Shown: in pieces, positions 29,972 through 39,780 of the stretch
Position numbering within the stretch: position 1 is the stretch's first letter
Layout of the letters: each line of letters starts with the position of its first letter
NCBI GenBank assembly: GCA_004431415.1
Contig: QPMI01000299.1
Location: 1-53,739 of the forward strand
Direction of reading: 5' to 3'
From: Cyanophora paradoxa CCMP329
Taxonomy: Eukaryota > Plantae > Glaucophyta
Length of the DNA: 53,739 nucleotides
The notes under the pieces: model-generated
Database searches by the model: none
Seen by the model: the letters and a program-made list of their open reading frames with translations, nothing else
What the model was told of the DNA's origin: nothing
Position numbers and translations under genes: made by a program

Positions 29972-31781
29972 CCTGGTGCCATGGGTGGTATGGCGTGCCC
30001 GTGATGATTACGATTTGGCGCCCCGTTACGCGCTCCCACTCCATGCAAGTGGCCCGCACGACCTGACTGAACAATGAGAATTGCAGATCTTCAAATTCTA
30101 CAAGCAACCTATTCTTCGCGCTGCGCCTCGAGTACACTTGCCGTGTTCACGAACTCTGACCCGTTGTCGTGATGCAAGACTTGGGGGACGCCCATGATTC
30201 GGAAGATCTCGACCAGCTCCTGGGCCACGCAGAACGCGCTCTTCCACTCCAGAGGACGGAGAATGCTGAAGCGCGAGAAATGGTCCTGCGCACTGCGATG
30301 TCAGGAGCAAGTCATGATCCTGTAAGGGAGTTGGATGACACGCACACGAACATGAAGAACGTAGCGGTACTGGCGCTCGGGGTCCTCGACCCACTCGACA
30401 TCCTCACCGGTGTAGGCAAGGTTGTCTGCGTCCTGGGGACGCTTCGGATGCTTCGGAGCAAGGTATGGCATGGGCATCTTGCTGAAGTCCTTCAGGTCGA
30501 TGAAGACACGGGACCAGGCCGACTTGGCGATGATGGGCTTCAGTCCCGCTCGCTTCGCGGCCATCTCGCTCTTCTTGGTGGTGAGGCAGTACGGGCAGCG
30601 CTGGGGGGAGGCTCCCGGTCAATTCAGCGCCTGAAATGATTGCGAGCCGCACGCACGGCGCAGAAAGTATCGATGTACTTGTCCAAGATGTCGTACGAAC
30701 GAGAGATCTTGTACTTCACCGTGCCCGCCGCCTCGTGCGCCACGTTGTGGTAGTCCTGCGGGCGGGGACACGGATCGGACATGGATGGACACGGCGGGGC
30801 ACGGGTAGGGACACGAGTGCGCACGGAGATAATTTCGAAGACCTCCTGGGCGTTCCTCGGAAGGATGCGCACGTCTTTCGGTGCCGTGGCAGCGTCTCCA
30901 CCAGACTTGTTCTTGGCACGCTTCGCGGGGACCTTCGTCTCCTGCATCACGAGCACGTGCCCTTCGCCGTCCGGGTTGGGGTGCTCCGCCAGCGTGTACT
31001 TCTCCAGACGCCGGGCGCGGCGCCCGTCGTCCCTCTTCCGAAGCCGCCGGGCTGCAGCCGCGTCCTCTTCAGCAGCTTCAGCCGCGTCCGCGTCCTCGCC
31101 AGCTGCAGCTTCGGCTGCCGCTGGATCCGGACGCTGCTTGCGCTTCTCCTTCGGGGGCTTCCCCTTCAGCTTCGCGTGGCCGCGCGCCTTACACTCCGGC
31201 TTGTTTGCGTCCAGCTCCTTCATCTTCTCCTTGTTCTTCGCCGCGACCGCCGCCTTCCTCTCGCGATCCCACATCAGCACTGCGTATATGTCGGTCTGGT
31301 CGAGCTCCTCCTCGATGTTGCACGCATGCACGACGCTGAGGTCGTTCACGAACGCGTCGTACGTCAGGCGCATCGTGTACCGCTTGCTGGTAGTCGACGT
31401 GCGATCGGGAGCGGCCCCATATCGCGACGGGCGCCCCGGCCCGGCTACGAATTCGCTGCCCTCCTCTTCATCGGCTGCGTTTGCTGCTGGCTGAGTCGCA
31501 TTCGATGGCGCCGGAGGTGCCCGGCGCTCTGCCGGCGGGACGACATAGGCGCCAGGCAGAGGCCCGCTCGCGCTAGCGCTAGCGCTGCGGGACGCCGCAG
31601 CTGCGGCGCCGCTTCCGCTGGTACCAGGACAGTGCCCGCGATGGGCGTTGCGCGGATCGCACTGGCAGCTAGTGTACGTCTGCTGCACCTGCCGACCCTG
31701 CTCGCATGCCCCGCACCAGGTCTTACTGGCGAGCCGCATGAAGACATCTTGCTCTGCGCTGCAGTACGCGCAACGAGACAT
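29972..31781 (-). pseudogene. Incomplete integrase/transposase gene of element 2: N-terminal Cys/His domain, HHCC zinc finger and both catalytic Asp; lacks the catalytic-Glu exon and C-terminus
   Basis: MSRCAYC...WCGAC...SCQCD...HRGHCPG, then EIIS|DYHNVAH...TFCA|RCPYC, LKPIIAKSAWSRVFIDLKDF, YRYVLHVR|DHFSRFSILRPL...GVPQVLHHDNGSEFVNT|VV...GTPYHPWHQG|. No stops or frameshifts up to the donor at 29971. Confidence 0.9.
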
Positions 31782-31900
31782 CTTTGCTCGTCACGGCGTG
31801 CCGCAGTGCTGCAAAGATCGCGACCGAACAGGCTCCTGGGAACAGGCTCTAACGCTGCCGTGCCCGAGGCCATCCTTCCCGTGTCCAGACGCCCGGCCCG

Positions 31901-32012
31901 CGCCCCCGTGTCCGAGGGGGGACTGGGACACGGCCCGAGCCGATCATGAATTAGAACTCCGCGACCTCTTTCTGCTACGTGGCACGGGAGTACATGTATT
32001 AGAGGTGCAACA
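31901..32012 (-). repeat. Right terminal inverted repeat of element 2
   Basis: Ends ...AGAGGTGCAACA and is the reverse complement of the left TIR. Confidence 0.93.
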
Positions 32013-32206
32013 CCTGTTAAGAGGGACCTAGAGAGAACTGAGGGGTACGCGGGGGGCGCGGGTTCGGCGCCGGGCGAAGCGGTTTGAGTCCAGGGGGGCG
32101 CAACTGCTTCGAGTTCGCTGCGCCGGCTGCGCTTTACAGCCGTCCAAACGTTCGTATAGCATCGGCCAAGTCGTTTGCGGCCGTATCGATCGGCAGCCGT
32201 CATCAT

Positions 32207-33426
32207 ATGGCCTTCATCGGTGCTGCCGTACCGCCGGCGCACGCCGCGGCCGTGCACGTCGACGTCGCGGCGTGCTCGCGCAAGAGCGCCACGGCACCGC
32301 AACTTTCAGGAAGTGCGACGTGCGGCCGCCGGCGGCTGCCGCCGCTTTACAGTGTCGTGGGGCGATCCTTCGTTACGAGCGGCCGCCAGCTGTGGCGGTT
32401 CACGTCTTCGGCCTCCCGCTTCCAGGAGCCTGTCCGGCTGCGTGCTGCCGCGGATGCAAACCAGCCGCCGCGGACCGCGGCGCCGGAGCAGAAGCGCGCG
32501 GCGGCTGGCTCGAAGGACTCTGGCGCCGTGCGCGCACGCCACCGCTTCACCTCCCATTTCTTGACCCTCTAAAATGCGCAGGCCGATGTGCAAGCGCCTC
32601 CGCCGCCGAAGAAGAAGCTGGTTCGCGGCTACGGCATCCGGTCCGTCGGGCTGCAGCGGCGGCAGCGGGCACCTCCGCCGCTTTTAACGCGCGCGCAAGG
32701 TACTGGGATGTGAAGCTCGAGCGGCAAGGCTACCACCCGATCATCCCTGTGGGCCAGGAATATCCCACCGAGGCAATCTGATCCGCCCCGCCCGCTGAGC
32801 TGTGTGGCCGGCTGACGGGGGCGGCGTGCGCGGCAGGCGCCGATCGAGATCCTGCTGAAGGCGTCGAGGGCGGGCCAGGAGGCGGTGGAGCTGGTCTTCG
32901 GCGAGCTCTCCCCCAAGTCCAAGGTCGCCAGCAACGAGGCACGCGCCCCGCCCGGCGGCCCGCCCCGCCCGCCCCGGCGCGCGGCAGCCGCCGAGCGGGG
33001 CCGGCGGGCACGCGCAGGTGTTCTTCGACTCGGCGGGGAAGATCCTGACGCAGGAGGCGGAGGACCAGGACCAGTACGAGGTCGGGCCGGTCACCGCCGC
33101 CGAGGGCGCCCCCCAGGAGGACCCCGGTGCGAGCGCCGCTGCGGCGCGGCGCTGGGCCCCGCGCCGGCGCCCCCGTGCTGCGTGCCGAGGGGGCTGCAGG
33201 GCGGGTGGTGATCCCGCTGGAGCCGGTGGGAAAGCTGGGCCCCGACCGCCTCCGCGTCTACCTCGAGGTCCCCCGGGCCCCCGCCCGCGCCAGAGCCGCC
33301 GGCCCGGCGTGGCTGACGGGGAGGGTGCGGCAGATCGGGGCGGACGCCGTGCTGCGCGTAAGCGTGCAGGACATGGCGACGCTGGCGGAGCCCCTCATCC
33401 GCGCCCCCGTCTGCCTCTGCTCCTGA
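32207..33426 (+). CDS. Putative plastid-targeted protein resembling the C-terminal domain of cyanobacterial Hsp70-family proteins (no ATPase domain)
   Basis: MAFIGAAVP... Ser/Ala/Arg-rich transit-peptide-like leader. Spliced mature part: LVRGYGIR|YWDVKLERQGYHPIIPVGQEYPTE|APIEILLKASRAGQEAVELVFGEL...VFFD...DRLRVYLE|IGADAVLRVSVQDMAT. The family match is from memory. Confidence 0.7.
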
Positions 33427-33668
33427 GCCAGCCCCCCGGCGCGCGTCGGCAGCCCCACGCGGTTGCACGTTCAAAAACCCCACACCACGCCAGCGCCTCC
33501 CAGCCCTCTCCATGCCAGCTCAGTGACTCGAGAGCATATCTTTTTCAATTTTCATAATTTACTGAGAAAGCTGTTGCCCGGAGCTACCGGGCCCAGCGCC
33601 AGAGCTGGGGGAGAGGGGGCGGGGCTGGCGCGCGGGCTGGCGGCGGCGGTGGGCGCGCGCGTGTGCGC

Positions 33669-35784
33669 TCACTTGGAGGTGCGGAAGGCGGCGCCGGCGA
33701 ACTTCGCGTGCGCGCCGAGCTCCTCCTCGATGCGCATGATCTGGTTGTACTTGGCCGTCCGCTCCGAGCTGCCCCCGCCCCCGTCAGCACCCGCCGGCGG
33801 GGCAGGGCGGGGCGGGGGGCGGACCGGCAGGGGGCGCCCGTCTTGATCTGGCCGGTGCGGAGGCCGACGACGAGGTCAGCGATGAAGGTGTCCTCCGTCT
33901 CGCCCGAGCGGTGGGAGACCATCACGCCGTAGCCGTTGTCCTGCGACATCTTGCACGCCTCGATCGCCTCGGTCACCGACCCGATCTGGTTCACCTGCGC
34001 GGGGCCTCGGCACGGGGCGGGGCGGGGCGGGACGCAGGGCGCGGGGCGCGGGGCGGGGGCACCTTGAGGAGGAGGGCGTTGCAGGCCTTCTTCTCGATGG
34101 CGGTCTTGATGCGCTTGGGGTTCGTGACGAGCAGGTCGTCGCCGACGATCTGCGTGTCCTTGCCGACCTTCGCCGTGAGCTGCGCCCCGCCCGCCCGTCA
34201 GCGCCCCGCCGCGCGGAGGGCGGGGCCCGGCGGGCCTTGGTGTAGGTCTCCCAGTCGTCCTGGTCGAAGGGGTCCTCGATGGAGATGATCGGGTACTTGG
34301 AGATGAAGCTGCTGTACAGCTCAACCATCTCGTCCTGGCTCTTCTTCATGTCCGCCGCCCCGTTCTCGTTCTGCCCCGCCCCGGCGCCCCGCGTCGGCCC
34401 CGCGCCCGGCCGGCGGAGCGGAGCGGTGCGGCGCGGACCTTGAAGTCCAGGTCGTACTTCTTGATGTCCTCCTTCCAGAACTCGGAGGCGGCGACGTCCA
34501 TGCCGATCTTGACCTGGCGGGCGCGGCGCGGGGTGAGGCGAAAGGAAAGGGAGGGGCGGGGGCGGGGGCGGACCTTGCCCTCGAGGCCGGCCTTCTTGAT
34601 GGCCTGAACGAGGAACTCGAGGCCCTCCTCGTTGTTGACGACCGGCGGGGCGAAGCCGCCCTCGTCGCCGACGTTGCACGAGTCGAGGCCGTACTTGGCC
34701 TTGATCACGCTCTTCAGGTTGTGGTAGACCTCGCAGCCCATGCGCAGCGCCTCCTTGAACGACGGCGCGCCGACCGGCAGGATCATGAACTCCTGCATCG
34801 CCAGGCGGTTGCCGGCGTGCGAGCCACCTGCGCCGCCAAGTGGGCGAAGCGTCGACACGAACAGGCGTGCCGCGTGACCACGCACCGTTGATCACGTTGA
34901 AGGCCGGGACGGGCATCACGAACTCCTCAGTCGACTTGCCGGCGAGCTTCGCGATGTACTTGTACAGGGGCATCTTCGAGTGAGCGGCGCCAGCCTTGCA
35001 AACGGCCATCGAGACCGCGAGGATAGCGTTGGCGCCCAGCTTGCTCTTGCTGTCAGTGCCGTCCGCCTCGAGCATGATCTTGTCGATGCCAGTCTGGTCA
35101 GTCGGGTCCTTGCCAATGACGGCCGGGGCGAGAGTCTTGTTGATGTGCTCGACGGCCTTCAGGACACCCTTGCCAAGGTAGCGGCTCTTGTCGCCATCGC
35201 GAAGCTCGAGGGCCTCATAGATGCCAGTGGACGCGCCCGACGGGACAGCCGCGCGGAAGACGCCTGCGGACGCGAATCGTCAGGCGTCGAACCAGTCAGA
35301 CGACTGGGATGCGGCGGAGGAGGCGAGAGAAGACAAGGTCGACGATATTGAGGCGCTCGTGCAATTAGTATGCACGCGGAGAGCCTCCGTTAAAAAGCTG
35401 GTGAGTTGGGAAAGATGCGATGGTTCGATGGCCATGCTCAGTAAGGGGCGTGTGACGTCCAAAGTTTAGTACGTGCATTAATCTAGAATGGATGCAGAAT
35501 GGAACGCGGAAGCTGGCAGCGTGGGAGAAACGGCGCTGCCGGAGAGGCCAGAAAGGGAGCTCACCGAGGTCGGTCGTGAGGTCGCACTCGACGGTGGGGT
35601 TGCCACGCGAGTCAATGATTTCACGAGCGTGAACCTTGGTGATCGGCTGCGCATCGGGAGAAGCGTCAGGCGAGGTTCGCGAACGTCGACCGTTCCGCGA
35701 TGCCGCGGGACCGCGGGAGAATCTAAAAACGAGCCATTCGGGGCATGTGGAATTCCGCGAGCAGGCGGACGTCGCCCGCACCAT
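33669..35784 (-). CDS. ENO: Enolase (cytosolic; no targeting extension)
   Basis: M|[88 protein letters not shown] and [10 protein letters not shown]|[18 protein letters not shown]. Confidence 0.98.
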
Positions 35785-36094
35785 CTTCTTGACGGAACTT
35801 GCACAGAACTGAGGGGGTACGTCGACGAACACCTAACGGGTACAAGGCATCACATTCGTGGACATACAGCAGACGAGCAGCGAACATACGCCGAGGTTAT
35901 GCAGAACAAGCAACAGCGATAGCATCTTGTGGCTTCGCCGCTAGCTATATAGCCGAGTCCCTGTGGCCAAGTCCTCTGGCCTGAGCCGCTGGAGGCGTGA
36001 GCAGGATTGCATTGCCAGCGCTGAGCTATCAGAGAAAGTAAGTAGAGCCTGCAGGGCCCGGGTCTGCTGTAGCTAGTGCCCACAGGAAGCCGAG
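35785..36094. promoter_or_regulatory. Bidirectional promoter between enolase and the EF-hand gene
   Basis: Divergent ATGs are 310 bp apart. AGAACTGAGGGGGTACG at 35805-35821 is nearly identical to AGAACTGAGGGGTACG at 32034-32049. Confidence 0.55.
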
Positions 36095-37590
36095 ATGCAG
36101 ACCCACAGCGAGTTGCAAAACCAGCTGTTGGACTTCAGCATCATCCGGTGGCTGAGGCATCACGGCACCAGGACAAAGCCAAACTTGACCCCAGAGCAAC
36201 AGGCGCGCGGTCGAGCACTCTGCGCGTGGCTCCTTGCAGCAGTTAGCGAGGGCTCACTCGAGGGCAGGTCGAGCTCGCGCGATGCTTCAGGCTCCTCGAC
36301 GAGGACGGATCCGGCACGCTCGAGTCCGATGAGCTCGGTTCGCGGCCAGGTCACTTCCGCCGCTGTGCCCGCCTCACTTCTCCACAGCACGGGCACTCGA
36401 GATGATGGGCATTCCGGCGCGGCAGAAGGACATCAAGCGGGCGCTGAAGGCGACCAACCCTGAGGGCACGGGGGAGTTCGACTTCGAGGAGGTGCCGGCG
36501 GGGCGGGGCGGCGCGCCTCGCACCTCGCGCCTCGCTGACGGGGCGGCAGTTCACGCTGCTGATGGCGGGGGACGAGCCGGAGGAGGACCTCCCCACCGAG
36601 AGGCGCCGCGCCAAGCAGCTCGTCAGCGGGCTCCCCTTCGGTGCCCCCCGCCCCGCCCCCCCTCCCCCGCGCCCCGCCCCCGTCTCACCCTTTGCCCCGC
36701 TTTCTCCGTCAGAGATGCTCGCCGCCGGTGCGCGAGGCGGCGGGGGCGGCGGGGGCGGGGGCGGGGGGAGGGGCCTGAGGGGGGCGGGGGCCGGTGGGGG
36801 GCAGCGTACAGGAGGAAGCGGCTGATCGGGGACATCCTGGTGGAGAAGCGGGACAAGAAGAAGCTCGAGTCGATCATGCGCAACATGGCCGCCGACTCTG
36901 CCGCCGCCGCCACCGCCGCCGCCTCCCCCGGCGAGGGGGCGCGCACCTCCCCCAAGCGCCCCGGGCGGCGCGGGGCGGGCCCGGCGAGCGTCGGCCTCGC
37001 GCCGAACAAGTCGGCGCCGCTGCTGCACGCCGGCCTCGGCATCAAGGACTACATCGCCGGGGGCCGCAGGAACCAGGCCTCCACCTCCGCCCTCGACAAG
37101 TGCGGCGCCCGCAGCCCGCCGCTCCGGGCCGCGCCCGACACCCCGCCCCCAGATACGCCGACGTCGTGGGGACCGAGGCCGAGAGGCGCGCGTCCCGCGC
37201 CCCGCGGGGCTCGCGGGCGCGCTGAGGGGGCGGCAGGTTCGCGTCGCACAACCTGGAGGCGCTGGCGAAGCAGGCGCCGCTGCGGCGGAACCTGCTGCCG
37301 CCGGACTGGAGCTCGCGCCTCGCGAGGGCCGAGGGCCCGCACGCCCTCCGCGCCCTCCACGCCGACCCCTCCCACAACCTCCTCCCCCCGATCGAGCCCC
37401 CCAGCCGCTCCCGGAGCCCCTTCACCGCCCCCTCCGCCGGTCCGTGCCGACGGCAGCGCGCGCTGGGCGCCTCGCGGGGCTCAGTGGGGCGGCCGCAGGG
37501 GGCAAGTTCCGCCAGAGCTCGCCCGTCGCCTCCCAGATCCGCGCCCGCGTCCAGGCCCTCGGCCTCATCCGCACCCCGTCCGCCCCCTGA
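36095..37590 (+). CDS. EF-hand (centrin/calmodulin-like) domain protein
   Basis: LTPEQQ|VELARCFRLLDEDGSGTLESDEL (canonical EF loop DEDGSGTLESDE) and a second degenerate hand TNPEGTGEFDFEE|FTLLM. Ends LIRTPSAP*. Confidence 0.8.
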
Positions 37591-38838
37591 CCCCCTGCCG
37601 CCACCCGAACTCTCCCCTCCGCCTCCCCCCCGTCCGTCACCCTTTCGGCTGAGCTCGGGCGTAGTCTGTAGCCCAGCTTGGTGTATCATAGTGAGCTGTT
37701 ATTCAACTTGGCAATGATTATCGTTGAACATGGAACTCCAATTCAGCGAGCCTCGGAGCTTGCATGTCAAGTCAATCAAACTTGAAAGCCTTGAAGGCTT
37801 CAATGCCTTTAATTATAAGCCTCGAAGGCTGCCAGGCCGCCGGGCTGAAATATCGATTAATATTGCATATTTCCCGGAGTCCGGCCGGTCTCAACTTAAG
37901 CTTTCAAAGTTTGGCAACTTGGCCGGGCAATGTGGCACTGCGGCAAGCTCAGCGGCTTGAAGCTTACTATGTCACGGCCCCCCGCCGGGCCGGGCCTAGG
38001 CCGGGCCGGCGGGCATCGGAGGGCCCGGGGCCTGGCCCAGTGGGGCCCAAGGCCCTGAGGCCCTCATGATCAGGGCCTGAGGCTTGAGCTCATGATCGTG
38101 ATGATGCCATGATGTGCATGCAATGATCCGACTCGACGATGCAAATCATGATGATCACTGAGAGGTCATGGCATGATGATCATCGGATCCGATGCCATGA
38201 TGATCGGATCATGGATACTTAACTTAGTAACCGGCCCCTGCAGCCGCTGATCATGCCATGATGAGCTGCCGCCTGGCCCATGGCCAGTGGCCAGGCCTGA
38301 CTGCGTCTCGGCCCCGGACCCGGCGGATCAGTGGCTCGCGGCTGCAGCTCAGCGGCTACCGCTAGCGCTGCTGCTCAGTGCTCAGCCGCTGAGCGGCTGG
38401 CCCACTGCTAGCGCACAGCAAGAATCATGGAATCAGCTCGGGTTGATCATGAGCTCACTGTACATGTCAGATACTATGCATATAATTAAATTCGATACTA
38501 TGCTATACCCTTTCTTGCAAGAATCCGATGCACAGTGCAAGGACTCCCGGGATGCCATGGCCAGTGATCATGACATGTGCAGCCACCGAGGCGGGAGGCG
38601 CCGCGGCGGGGCGGGGCGGGCCCGCCGGGCGCCGGCCGAGGGGCCAGCGGCTAGCTAGCTACAGCTCCAGCGCGCCTCGTTGGCCACCCCGGGGCGCGCC
38701 AACCGTGCCGCGCCATCGCCCACTTGGCCCAGCCGCCGGCGCCGAAGGCCTGAAGTTAGCTCGAGCACATAGAATGGAAGCTCCAGCAGCTATGCTCAAA
38801 AGACCGGGCTGTCTTGTCGATGCCTGCGGGCGCTGTGA

Positions 38839-39364
38839 TCAACGAGCGAAAAGATTGCGCACCGGGGCCGAAGCAGGGGGAAGTCGTGGAGGGCCGGCGC
38901 GAGAGCCGCGCGCGGGGCCTCGGGCAGGCCCCTTGAGGGAGGAGCCCTCCTCCTCGTCGAAGTCCGATGCTATGGAACTTTGAAGAACGTCCTCGTTGAA
39001 GAACGTCTCCACCCGGCGACGGCGAACGGCAGGGTTAAGAGAGAGCGGAGGAGAAGAGGCAGTTCCACTACGAACTCGCGTGTGATGAAATGAGGTCATC
39101 GCGCTCAGCGGCTTGTGCTTGAAGCGACTCAGCGCGGCGTCTGTTGATTGTGTTAACGACGTGTGACCATGGGCGGCGGGGGGATTCCTGGGAGGGCGCG
39201 GGACGAGGCGGCGGATCTCGGGAGGGGGGGAGCGCTAGCTGAGAGCGCTGCTGCGAAAGGCGGAGAGGCGGCGAGAGCCACGCGAGGCGAGTCGGGGGGC
39301 GCCGCGGCGGGGCGGGCAGCCGGACCGAGCCCCCCGGGGCGCAGTATCCATTGGGCCTGCGCAC
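38839..39364 (-). CDS. Possible small hypothetical gene divergent from PP2A B56 (boundaries uncertain)
   Basis: Coding-like segments WSHVVNTINRRRAESLQAQAAERDDLISS and ETFFNEDVLQSSIASDFDEEEGSSLK. No recognisable family. Confidence 0.25.
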
Positions 39365-39780
39365 GAGGACGCCGGAGTCGACACGTGCGCGAGGATTGCG
39401 CCCGCGGCTATCATAGTATCACGAGCGCGCACGGGCCGTTACGACAGCTGGCTGCTACAGCAAAGATTTCGAGTCCGATGGTCACCTGCTGCGGCGCGCA
39501 GCTCTGGATGCGCACGTGCACGGCGCTGCGTCCACACGCGCATCGGCCGAGCTATTGCGAAGTGCCAGGAAGTTCAAGCGGCGCTGCCCGGGTATGTGCG
39601 ACACCGATCGACCAGTGTACCCCCGCAGCGCGGTCAGCCGCCAGCAATCGCGGACTGAGCGGGCCGGCGGGCATGCGCTGCAGTCGATAAGCAGGGTGCG
39701 GTGCAACCTAGGCCAGTCGACAGGGTGCGGGACGCCCGAGCTCAACGGTGGCCGCAGACACTGCCCGGAAGGCTGGAGCG

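Larger units (their letters stand above)
27306..32012 (-). mobile_element. Ginger2/Tdd-like TIR DNA transposon, element 2 (3'-truncated integrase plus cargo gene)
   Basis: TIRs of about 112 bp (27306-27418 and 31901-32012), differing by 1 indel and with A in place of the left terminal T. Right end is ...TGCAACA. HHCC and DDE integrase exons on the minus strand, with GTGTCC/GGACAC arrays. No clean TSD. Confidence 0.9.

Noticed and set aside
35265-35563. Unusually long enolase intron as a possible snoRNA host
   Set aside because: No convincing C/D or H/ACA box arrangement seen on the sense strand.
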